Assembly: GCA_030649835.1 (NCBI GenBank)
Contig: JAUSES010000058.1
Span: forward strand, 1 to 59,696
Direction of reading: 5' to 3'
Source of the DNA: a bacterium
GTDB lineage: Bacteria > Patescibacteriota > Minisyncoccia > Phycocordibacterales > UBA1550
Length of the DNA stretch: 59,696 nt
The notes below the pieces were generated by a model, which had not been told where the DNA came from, searched no databases, and saw only the letters and a program-made list of their open reading frames with translations. This document shows, piece after piece, positions 8,563 to 17,201 of the stretch. A program made the position numbers and the translations under genes. Numbering within the stretch: position 1 is the first letter of the stretch; each line of letters begins with the position of its first letter.

Positions 8563-9771
8563 ATGTTTAAAACTATTTTTATTACACTGGGGGTGGTCGC
8601 ACTAGGATTTTTTGTTCTTGTCGTAACTAACGCAGTTGAAGTTTCTTTACCAATATCTCAGGAAAAAGATACAAGCGGAGCGAAGCAGGATCAATCAGAG
8701 CCGAATGAGGTGTTGCCAGTAATGGTTGATAGCACGGTAAAAAATAATACAACAGTAAAAGTTCCCATTTTGCCAAACCCAAACCCTGCATTGCAGGTAT
8801 CACCAAAAACACAAACAAGGAATCTCGCTTTTGCTCTTTTGTCCGCATCTAATCCGGAGAGTGCAAAGCAAGCACAGACACTTTTGGAAAACAAAAACAT
8901 TGATGGTGTTGCGCTTCAGATAGGATGGGCTAGTTTAGAAACAGGAGATGAGGTATTTAACTGGGCGACGCTTGATGCTATTTTAAAAATTGCTAAGGAA
9001 AAAAATAAAGGAGTGACCCTCCATATTTTTTCTGGTGCACCGACGGGCAGACCATTTTCTCCGTGGCTAAAAAGTGCAGGGGTAAAAACATACACCGTAA
9101 ACGACTTTAAAGGAAGGTCTCGCGAAGAGGCGCTTCCTTGGGACGTAACCCTTTTGTCACAGTACTCCCAGTTTTTAAAGTCACTCTCCGTGCATCTCAA
9201 AGGCACAGACTATCTTGATACTGTTGCGCGCATAAGTGTTGCGGTACCTGTTGCTGAAATGGATCTCATCGCATGTCGTAGTAATATGCTCGCAAATGCC
9301 TATCCATATGACCGCGCCACCTATCTTGCTTCATGGAAAGCCATGATAGATGCGCATGCTACGGCGTTTCCTGAACTCAAAAAGTTTGTCTCAATGCCTG
9401 TAGGTCTCATCTGCTTTCCAGAGCGTGATACAACTTTTTTCACAGATTTAATGAATTACGCCACACAAAAATATGGGAAAACATTTGTGCCTTTTGCCGC
9501 GGACCTTACGAGTACCGGGAGTGATCGTTCAAAAGCCTACACCGATACTATAAAAAATCTTGGAGTTGGGTATCAACCAATATGGTCATCCACGAGTGAC
9601 CCCTCAAACAGAATGAAGGGAACATTCCCTGACAATTTTCTACAAGCAGTTTGCACCGCAACGAAGAGCGGGGCTGATTATGTTGAGGTCTATAGCGTTG
9701 ACGTGCTCAATACTGATGCAACTATTCAAAAAGGAATACAAGCGGTACATGACAATACGCTTTGTCCCTAA
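8563..9771 (+). CDS. secreted hypothetical protein, possibly glycoside-hydrolase-like TIM barrel
   Basis: N-terminal signal/TM (MFKTIFITLGVVALGFFVLVV). The segment DGVALQIGWASLE...FNWATLDAILKIAKEKNKGVTLHI resembles GH-type barrels. Weak call. Confidence 0.35.
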   Translation: MFKTIFITLGVVALGFFVLVVTNAVEVSLPISQEKDTSGAKQDQSEPNEVLPVMVDSTVKNNTTVKVPILPNPNPALQVSPKTQTRNLAFALLSASNPESAKQAQTLLENKNIDGVALQIGWASLETGDEVFNWATLDAILKIAKEKNKGVTLHIFSGAPTGRPFSPWLKSAGVKTYTVNDFKGRSREEALPWDVTLLSQYSQFLKSLSVHLKGTDYLDTVARISVAVPVAEMDLIACRSNMLANAYPYDRATYLASWKAMIDAHATAFPELKKFVSMPVGLICFPERDTTFFTDLMNYATQKYGKTFVPFAADLTSTGSDRSKAYTDTIKNLGVGYQPIWSSTSDPSNRMKGTFPDNFLQAVCTATKSGADYVEVYSVDVLNTDATIQKGIQAVHDNTLCP

Positions 9772-9776
9772 CGATA

Positions 9777-10679
9777 CTACTGGTTGAAAATAGTAATAAG
9801 ATATTCGTTGATATCGCGCTGAGAAAGGTCGTAGAAGTTTTTGTTTTCATCGTGAAGCCTCTGTGCAAGTGCCTTACCTACAAATCTCCAGTGCCAAGGT
9901 TCGAATATGTAGTATGTGTTATTCTTTGGATACGATAATATAAAACCATATTTATATGCATTCTCCTTTAGCCACACAAATGCTGGTGTCTTTTCAAATG
10001 TAGCAAAGCTGGTTCCGAGTTTTGCGGTCGTAAAGTCAATAGTAGTGCCAAGCTGGTGCTCGGAGTACCCCTGATCTGCAGAAAATCTGTTTGCTCCTGA
10101 GCCGTAGGTTACCTTGTATGTTGTTTTGAGTGTGCTTTGTGTATCAAAAGAACGAAATGCTGATGCAATTTTTAAATCCACATTTGCCGTAGTTGCATCG
10201 TCTAAAAGTTTTTGTAGAAACGGCCACACGTCAACAGAGATCATTTTCTCTTTTAGAGGTTCTATCGTGTATGAGGAGGGGACGGTGACAGAACGAGCAG
10301 GGGAATAATTTTCATTCAAAAAATATGTTTTTGAATATTTCGCGAGTAGCTCACGGTCGGTCGTTGCGAGTTTTTGATAGAGACCCAAAGTGTTTGACAT
10401 CGCGTCCAATGCTTCCTGCTGTGCACGTGCGTTTTGCTCCGCATTTACCTTGTCATTTTGTGTAGCAACAAGAAGAGCTTTAAACGCTTCAATATCCGCC
10501 CCTAATTTTTCTGTCGTTGACGCAAAATCCTGTTTGGTATTCGTAAGTTCAATTTCAAGCGCAGTTTTCTCTTGTGTGAGTCGGTAGTTTTGATAGCCCA
10601 AATACCCCAGCCCAAGAAATAGGACAAGCACAAGAAGAGCTAGAAGAATGTTAATTTTACGTGGCGATTCGGGATTCAT
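9777..10679 (-). CDS. M15-family D-alanyl-D-alanine carboxypeptidase (VanY-like) with N-terminal membrane anchor and coiled coil
   Basis: SAFRSFDTQ, SEHQLGTTIDF and EPWHWRFVG motifs. Confidence 0.8.
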   Translation of the reverse strand: MNPESPRKINILLALLVLVLFLGLGYLGYQNYRLTQEKTALEIELTNTKQDFASTTEKLGADIEAFKALLVATQNDKVNAEQNARAQQEALDAMSNTLGLYQKLATTDRELLAKYSKTYFLNENYSPARSVTVPSSYTIEPLKEKMISVDVWPFLQKLLDDATTANVDLKIASAFRSFDTQSTLKTTYKVTYGSGANRFSADQGYSEHQLGTTIDFTTAKLGTSFATFEKTPAFVWLKENAYKYGFILSYPKNNTYYIFEPWHWRFVGKALAQRLHDENKNFYDLSQRDINEYLITIFNQ

Positions 10680-10973
10680 TTAGTTAGTATATCATGTTGT
10701 GTTAATGTCCCAATGGAAGGTTTCAGTTTTTCCTTTTTTGGTATACTATGGGAACTAATTCATATATGTTTGAATTTTTTGTCAGCACGTAGCCGAATTA
10801 GCAAATTCGCCCCGGGCCAGTTGGTGGTCAGCCCGTGCTTCACCCTAGTGGGTGAAGCACGGAGCTTATAATGACAAACGAGGAGCATGCAAGAAAGTAA
10901 CCATTCTTGCAATGTCCGAGTGCCGTCATTATATGTAATCATATAATTTCAAAGGAGGGATTAGTAAATAGTG

Positions 10974-11047
10974 TCCGCCCATCAGGACTCGAACCTGAGA
11001 CCGCGTAGATATAAGCTACGTGCTCTAACCAACTGAGCTATGGGCGG
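10974..11047 (-). tRNA. tRNA-Ile with genomically encoded UAU anticodon
   Basis: Hand-folded cloverleaf: acceptor CCGCCCA/TGGGCGG, D arm GCTC-AGTTGGTTA-GAGC, anticodon arm CGTAG-CTTATAT-CTACG, T arm TCAGG-TTCGAGT-CCTGA, discriminator A. 74 nt, no CCA encoded. Confidence 0.85.
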
Positions 11048-11105
11048 ATTAGACCTATCTTATACTAAAATAGGGGATTTTCAAATGCTCCTAAACAAGT
11101 GTATA

Positions 11106-11813
11106 ATGAGTATACAGATTAATGTTCTAAATATGTCACAAAAAGATTTAAAACAAAAAGCCATTCAGCTTCGAATGCAAGGCATGAGCTATTCTCAAAT
11201 AAAAGAAAACATAAAAATCAGCAAAGGGACATTGAGCCTTTGGCTAAGAGAGTACCCGCTTCCAGAGGAGAAAATAAAAGCTTTGCGGGGCAACAATCCT
11301 AAAAGAATTGAAAGGTTTAGAAATACGATGGCTGCAAAAAAAGAGGAGAGGCTTCGGATTTCTTACAAAAAGGTCGCTCAAGACATTGGCGTACTAAGTA
11401 ATAGAGATATGCTTATTGCAGGCTTCTTCCTTTATTGGGGAGAAGGGTCAAAGACTGCCGCCGCTACTACGGCACTCACTAATACAAACCCTACGATGCT
11501 AATATTCTTTATTAGGTGGCTAAAACTCCTGGGTGTAAAAAAGTCCGACATGAGAGTTAAATTGCATTTATACTCAGATATGGATATTGAAAAAACAAAA
11601 ACCTGGTGGTCTAAAAAGTTAGGTATTCCACTAGGACAATTTAGGAAGTCCTATATCAAAGAGACGTCTCAGTCTAGTGCTGTTTATAAGGGGTATTTTA
11701 GGTATGGCACATGCACAGTTATTTATGATAATGTAACATTACTAAATTATATTCTTATGGGGCTAAAATATTTAGGAGCAGAAGTTGAAGGCAGAAAAAA
11801 TACGAAGGATTAA
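11106..11813 (+). CDS. HTH-domain protein with possible LAGLIDADG-like endonuclease domain
   Basis: N-terminal HTH-like GMSYSQIKENIKISKGTLSLWL. LIAGFFLYWGEGSK resembles a LAGLIDADG motif. The track start at 11040 overlaps the tRNA, so a later ATG (11106 or 11133) is more likely. Confidence 0.35.
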   Translation: MSIQINVLNMSQKDLKQKAIQLRMQGMSYSQIKENIKISKGTLSLWLREYPLPEEKIKALRGNNPKRIERFRNTMAAKKEERLRISYKKVAQDIGVLSNRDMLIAGFFLYWGEGSKTAAATTALTNTNPTMLIFFIRWLKLLGVKKSDMRVKLHLYSDMDIEKTKTWWSKKLGIPLGQFRKSYIKETSQSSAVYKGYFRYGTCTVIYDNVTLLNYILMGLKYLGAEVEGRKNTKD

Positions 11814-11822
11814 TTGTAGTGC

Positions 11823-13997
11823 CTACTCCCAATGCGTGCCCCTATGATTTTTGTCTACACTGTCTCGAAGCAACGGATATTTTGAAAGTTCTGGATCCTC
11901 GGCAATGATTCGCGAAGCTTCCGTGCGGGCGGCTTCTACCATTTTTATATTTTTGATTGCCTCCATGCCGAGGTCGGAGATACCCCATTGTTTTCCTCCG
12001 CCGAGCTCGCCCGCGCCACGGAGGGTGAGATCAAGCTCAGCAAGTTCAAATCCGTTTTTTGCAGTCGCGAGTGCCTTGAGTCGTTTTTGAGAGACTTCAC
12101 TCGAGCTGTCCGTGAGGATGTAACAATATGCCTGGTGATTACTTCGAATAACTCGCCCGCGAAGCTGGTGAAGCTGTGCAAGTCCAAAACGCTCAGCGCC
12201 CTCTATCGCTATCATCGTTGCATTGGGGACGTTTACTCCAACCTCAATCACCGATGTTGCAACGAGGATGTGAATCGCACCTTTTTTAAATTCTTCCATC
12301 ACCCACTCTTTTTCATCTGGCTTCATTTTGCCGTGAAGAATCCCTACAGAAAATTCAGGAAAAATATCTTCCGCAATACGTTTCGCTTCTGCGGTGACTG
12401 ACTTTGCTTGGAGCGCTAGCTCTTTTTCCGGATCTGGCTCGTCAATTCGTGGGCAAATAACATACGCTTGCCGACCGCTTTTTATCTCCGCGCGCATATG
12501 TTCCTCCATTATTCTGCGATTACTTTTAGTGACTAGCTCTGTTTTTATAGGCAGACGCCCTGAAGGCATTTCATCAAGCAGTGTCAGGTCAAGGTTGCCA
12601 TAAATAGTAAGGGCAAGTGTGCGGGGGATGGGGGTCGCCGTCATGGAAAGCAAATGCGGAAGGGAAGCATCTTTTTTCACCAATTTTCCTCGTTGCATCG
12701 TTCCAAATCTATGTTGCTCATCCACGATAGCAAGGCCGAGATTTTTAAATTGCACACTTTTTTGAATGAGCGCATGGGTGCCAATAAGTATGGGGAGTTT
12801 CCCTTCTGAAACCCATTTCAAAAGTTGAGTCTTTGAGACCTTTGTAGCACCCCCGGGGTCTGTTTTGGATGGAAACTTTTTCGCTCCACTTCCGGTGAGA
12901 AGCCCTATCTCAATATTTGTACCGTGAAAATATTCTATAAAACTTTTGAAATGCTGTTCAGCGAGTATCTCCGTCGGTGCCATGTAGGCGACCTGCAGAT
13001 TGCCAAACTTATTATCACTCGGGGCACTCATTGCGGTTGCGTATGCAGAAACCGCTGCGACAAATGTTTTTCCAGAGCCTACATCACCCTCAAGGAGGCG
13101 CGCCATTGGTATTCCTTTTTTGAAATCAGAAAAGATTTCTAGAAGCGCGCGTGTTTGTGATGAAGTGGGCTTGAAAGGGAAGCGTGCAGTAAATTTTTCA
13201 AGCGCTGTTTGATCTGGCACAATTTTGAATCCACTGTGCTCTTTGGTAAGTGCGCGTTCACGCTGTCTCGCAAGCTGGATCATAAAAACTTCCTCAAATG
13301 CAAAACGTTTGCGTGCAGCCTGTGCATCCCACTCTTTTTCTGGAGCGTGAATCCATACCAATGCTGCACGGAGGGTAGGAAGGTGGTATCGCGAAAGTAT
13401 TTCTTCGGGGATAGGGTCAACAATATCTTCAAGCACTCCCTTGCTAAAAAGTTTCTGAATATGATGATAAATGAAGCGAGACGTGACACTTTTAGTCTCG
13501 GAATAAACAGGGTAGAAAACTGTTTCATTCTGATCCCTCTTAAATAGTGTTCCGCTCGTATCCAGAGGGAGCTCATTTGTACGCACGAGCTCTGGGTTTG
13601 CGAGGTAAAGAGCGCCATTTCGTTCCTCCACATGTCCGGAAAGTTTTACCATCATTTCTGGTACAAGCATTTTTGAAATATACGCTTGATGAAACCATAC
13701 ACACTTAATGCGCCCCGTGGCGTCCTCAATCACCGCCTCCGTCATGGGGATTTTTGAACGAAAACCTTTTGCAGTTTTTGAGGAAACAATATGACCATAG
13801 ATGGTGACAGTTTCTCCCTTCAGAAGGTTGGCAATATTTTTGATCTCCGCGATACTCGTGTAGCGGGTAGGGAAGTAGTGGAGGAGGTCATCAGCGGACG
13901 CGATGCCTAGTTTTGTAAGCCCTGCCTTTTGCAGTGGGGTGAGCCTAAAAATGTCAGAAAGTAGTGTTGCTGGTATAACTGCAAGAGCCTGTTTCAT
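11823..13997 (-). CDS. recG: ATP-dependent DNA helicase RecG
   Basis: Wedge domain N terminus, GDVGSGKT Walker A, DEQHRFG, helicase C motifs. Confidence 0.95.
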   Translation of the reverse strand: MKQALAVIPATLLSDIFRLTPLQKAGLTKLGIASADDLLHYFPTRYTSIAEIKNIANLLKGETVTIYGHIVSSKTAKGFRSKIPMTEAVIEDATGRIKCVWFHQAYISKMLVPEMMVKLSGHVEERNGALYLANPELVRTNELPLDTSGTLFKRDQNETVFYPVYSETKSVTSRFIYHHIQKLFSKGVLEDIVDPIPEEILSRYHLPTLRAALVWIHAPEKEWDAQAARKRFAFEEVFMIQLARQRERALTKEHSGFKIVPDQTALEKFTARFPFKPTSSQTRALLEIFSDFKKGIPMARLLEGDVGSGKTFVAAVSAYATAMSAPSDNKFGNLQVAYMAPTEILAEQHFKSFIEYFHGTNIEIGLLTGSGAKKFPSKTDPGGATKVSKTQLLKWVSEGKLPILIGTHALIQKSVQFKNLGLAIVDEQHRFGTMQRGKLVKKDASLPHLLSMTATPIPRTLALTIYGNLDLTLLDEMPSGRLPIKTELVTKSNRRIMEEHMRAEIKSGRQAYVICPRIDEPDPEKELALQAKSVTAEAKRIAEDIFPEFSVGILHGKMKPDEKEWVMEEFKKGAIHILVATSVIEVGVNVPNATMIAIEGAERFGLAQLHQLRGRVIRSNHQAYCYILTDSSSEVSQKRLKALATAKNGFELAELDLTLRGAGELGGGKQWGISDLGMEAIKNIKMVEAARTEASRIIAEDPELSKYPLLRDSVDKNHRGTHWE

Positions 13998-14083
13998 AAA
14001 GGTATTGTACCATGTTAAATTTTCTGGGCGATTTTGTGATATCCTAATAAAGGACAGTTCTCTAACTTTATAGGAGTAAAATC

Positions 14084-14935
14084 ATGGATCAATTATTAGA
14101 ATTCCTTACCGGAGTGTATCATTTGTCGTGGTGGGGGTATGTTGCAGTGACATTTGTGCTCACCCACATCACCATCGCGTCGGTGACCATTTATTTGCAC
14201 AGGCATCAGGCTCATCGCGCGATCGAGCTTCATCCCAAAGTAAGTCATTTTTTTCGTTTTTGGCTGTGGCTTACTACAGGGATAGTTACAAAAGAGTGGG
14301 TTGCTATTCACCGGAAACATCACGCAAAAGTTGAAACCGTGAATGATCCCCATAGCCCGCAAGTTTTAGGTTTTTGGAAAGTTTTTCTTTCTGGATCAGA
14401 GTTGTATAGAAAGGAAGCACTTAATACAACTACTCTTGAGAACTACGGTGAAAATACTCCCGTTGATTGGATTGAGAGAAATCTTTACTCACGACATTCT
14501 TATCTAGGGATTGGGATAATGTTAGTAATTGATTTTGCTCTGTTTGGCCCGATAGGAATTACCATGTGGGCTGTGCAGATGGCATGGATTCCTGTCACAG
14601 CAGCAGGTATTATAAACGGTGTTGGGCATTATTTGGGGTACCGAAACTCCGAAACAAAAGACACCTCACGAAATGTTCTTCCCTGGGGATTTTTTATTGG
14701 GGGTGAGGAGCTCCACAACAATCATCATCGTTTTTGGAACTCCGCAAAGCTCTCAATAAGGCGGTACGAGTTTGATGTTGGGTGGCTTTATATTCGTATC
14801 CTTGAAATTTTTGCCCTTGCACGTGTGAAATATTTACATGGCAGGAAAATTGTGGATTGGGTTCGAGTCAAGAAGTTGAGATATTTATATTTTCCCATTA
14901 TTGTGAAATATCAATTTGGGGTAGGCGGGTCTTAA
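14084..14935 (+). CDS. membrane fatty-acid (acyl-CoA/acyl-lipid) desaturase
   Basis: Three histidine boxes (HRHQAH, HRKHH, HNNHH) plus TM helices. Confidence 0.8.
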   Translation: MDQLLEFLTGVYHLSWWGYVAVTFVLTHITIASVTIYLHRHQAHRAIELHPKVSHFFRFWLWLTTGIVTKEWVAIHRKHHAKVETVNDPHSPQVLGFWKVFLSGSELYRKEALNTTTLENYGENTPVDWIERNLYSRHSYLGIGIMLVIDFALFGPIGITMWAVQMAWIPVTAAGIINGVGHYLGYRNSETKDTSRNVLPWGFFIGGEELHNNHHRFWNSAKLSIRRYEFDVGWLYIRILEIFALARVKYLHGRKIVDWVRVKKLRYLYFPIIVKYQFGVGGS

Positions 14936-14968
14936 TGTAATCTTCCCACATATTTTATGTAGGATAAA

Positions 14969-14996
14969 AGGCGAGTCTCGCAGCTCGCCTTTTTTA
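14969..14996 (+). terminator. intrinsic terminator after the desaturase gene
   Basis: AGGCGAG...CTCGCCT stem followed by T5. Confidence 0.6.
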
Positions 14997-15065
14997 TTTT
15001 ACCTCCTTGGCGCCCTAGTGGGGCGTCCGCGGTCCGAATTTGGGCTTTTTAAAAACCGAACTACG

Positions 15066-17078
15066 CTATGGTTTTAAAAACCCAAATTCGCCTATTTCCC
15101 TGAGAAACGCTTTGTTGTCTGGGGTGCGCCCAAGGAAGCCTTTTACGAGATTAATCTCTTCCTGACTACTTCCTTTTTCTAAAATCCATTTTTTGTAGTC
15201 TGCACCTGTTTTCTTATTCATAATGCCTTCTTTTTCAAAACGGGTAAACATATCTGCTGCGTACACATTTGACCAGAGGTACCCGTAGTAGCCTGCGTCG
15301 TAGCCTTCGAGATGACCAAACCCTGCGGGGAATATGGCATTTTTTGGAAGAGTTATTTCTATGTATTTTTTAATGAGATCACGGTAAAGTTTCGCAGGTT
15401 CAGGCGGCTTATTTTTGGTATGAATAGTGAGGTCAAGAGTCGCGAGAATAAGCTGACGAAGTATGCCGTAACGAAGTAAATGTTTCTTGCTTGCGAGAAG
15501 ATTTTTTAAGAGCGTTGGCGGGAGAGGTTTGCCTGTTTTGTAGTGAGCCGACAAAAGGGCAAGTGGTTTTTTATCCCATGCCCAGTGTTCAAGCATTTGT
15601 GATGGCGCTTCCACAAAGTCCCACGCAGTGTGGCACCCGGACTGGGAAGCAAATTTTGCGGTCGTGAGCGTGTGGTGAATCATGTGTCCAAACTCGTGCA
15701 AAAATGTTTCAACTTCACCGTGAGATAAGAGAGATGAATTTTTCGACGTTGGCTTTGGAAAATTGGTGAGCATCGCACCAAAAGGCGCAACGTAGTCATT
15801 CTTATTGAGCGATACTTTTCTCCCGTTCACGATGTCGCACACACACGCATGTCCGTACTTTCCTTCTCTCGGATAAAGGTCAAGCGCAAAGGTGGAAAGA
15901 AACTCACCTTTCGCGGAGGTAACCTCATAAAACAGAACATCAGGATGCCAAAGAATAAACCCTGAAAGTTTTTTAAATTTTACATCAAATAATGTGGAGT
16001 AAATTTTGAACGTGCCTTCGATTACACGTTCAAGAGGGAAGTACTCACGCACTTCCTCGCTATCCACCTTGAACTTTATTTTTTGTAGCTCATTCCCATA
16101 GTAGGCAATATCATAAAAATAGAGAACCGCCTTTTTGTCGCCCGTCATCTTGCGTTTGAGGTCGCGTAGTTCGTCAATGTCCTGTTTGCCCGCCTTTGCC
16201 ACTTTTTTCAAAAGGTCATTTACAAAAGCTACAGCATGGTCGCCCTTCTTTGCCATGCGTGGCTCAAGCTTGTAGTCCGCATGGGTTTTATAGCCCAGGA
16301 TATGTGAGCGTAAAATGCGAAGCTTAATCATTTCTCCAAGCACCTGCATATTTTTCCTACCGCCTTTTTGGAGGGATTTTTCAGCAAGCTCTTTGCGCTT
16401 CACTTCATTTGTTGCAAGCTCTATGAATGGATGGTAATCAGGGTAAGCGAGGGTCACTTTGTAGCGACCGTCTTTTGCGCGTTTGAGCCCTTCTTTATAA
16501 CGCTCCGAAAGCCCATCAAGTTCATCCTTTGTGACGAGGATGTGGTCTTCATACGCATTGATGTTTTGCCGAAATTCGTTGGAAACTTTTGCGAGGCGTT
16601 GAGAAAGCTCGCGTACCCGTTTTTGTTTTTGTGGGGAGAGGTCAAAACCCAGACGCTTGTAGCTTTGGAACATATCGAGGAAAAGTTTCTTGCTTTCAGG
16701 GTCGAGCGTTTCTTGCTCTTTTTTCCACGCACCCTGTTCGTAGTCCTTGAGCGCAGACCATATCCTTGGGTCGCGCTCAATTACAATCAGTTTGTTCTGA
16801 ATAGTATCAATAGTCTTTTTTGCCGTGTCACGAATGGTTTTCAGTGGGGAAACATTTTGCAGAAGGTCAATTTTGAGAATAGTGTCAGTGATACCGTAGT
16901 CAGAATCCTCAATCGCATAAACAGTGTTTTCAAAATTGCGCGCTACTTTAGGTACTTTTTTAATTACCGAAAGTCGTTCCTTTTTCTCCGCCAGTAATTT
17001 GGGAACAAGTGTTTTTATATCCTTTTGTGTCCATTTTGCCCAAGAAAAGTCTTTTGGTGTGTAAGGTGTTCGTTTCAT
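15066..17078 (-). CDS. M3-family zinc oligopeptidase (thimet oligopeptidase / oligopeptidase A-like)
   Basis: HEFGH zinc motif and M3-like length. Start moved to MKRTPYTPKDF (ATG at 17078). Confidence 0.85.
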   Translation of the reverse strand: MKRTPYTPKDFSWAKWTQKDIKTLVPKLLAEKKERLSVIKKVPKVARNFENTVYAIEDSDYGITDTILKIDLLQNVSPLKTIRDTAKKTIDTIQNKLIVIERDPRIWSALKDYEQGAWKKEQETLDPESKKLFLDMFQSYKRLGFDLSPQKQKRVRELSQRLAKVSNEFRQNINAYEDHILVTKDELDGLSERYKEGLKRAKDGRYKVTLAYPDYHPFIELATNEVKRKELAEKSLQKGGRKNMQVLGEMIKLRILRSHILGYKTHADYKLEPRMAKKGDHAVAFVNDLLKKVAKAGKQDIDELRDLKRKMTGDKKAVLYFYDIAYYGNELQKIKFKVDSEEVREYFPLERVIEGTFKIYSTLFDVKFKKLSGFILWHPDVLFYEVTSAKGEFLSTFALDLYPREGKYGHACVCDIVNGRKVSLNKNDYVAPFGAMLTNFPKPTSKNSSLLSHGEVETFLHEFGHMIHHTLTTAKFASQSGCHTAWDFVEAPSQMLEHWAWDKKPLALLSAHYKTGKPLPPTLLKNLLASKKHLLRYGILRQLILATLDLTIHTKNKPPEPAKLYRDLIKKYIEITLPKNAIFPAGFGHLEGYDAGYYGYLWSNVYAADMFTRFEKEGIMNKKTGADYKKWILEKGSSQEEINLVKGFLGRTPDNKAFLREIGEFGFLKP

Positions 17079-17121
17079 GTAAGTCACTATAACGAATTTT
17101 CTCAAAGAATAAAAGAATTCT

Positions 17122-17165
17122 ACTATACACGTATAATATACTATAGTATATTATACGTGTATAGT
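17122..17165. repeat. 44-nt AT-rich perfect palindrome with TATAAT boxes on both strands (family F3, compact copy)
   Basis: CTATACACGTATAATATACTA|TAGTATATTATACGTGTATAG checked base by base. Between divergent genes. Confidence 0.9.
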
Positions 17166-17201
17166 GACTCACCTGGGGGATATGTGCTAGCATTACTTCA
17201 C

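Noticed and set aside
11040-11105. Track start of the 257-aa ORF at 11040
   Set aside because: That start overlaps the tRNA-Ile gene on the opposite strand. A downstream ATG is more plausible.
16368-16997. 209-aa plus-strand ORF inside the M3 peptidase gene
   Set aside because: It is antisense to a conserved HEFGH metallopeptidase frame and is a shadow ORF.
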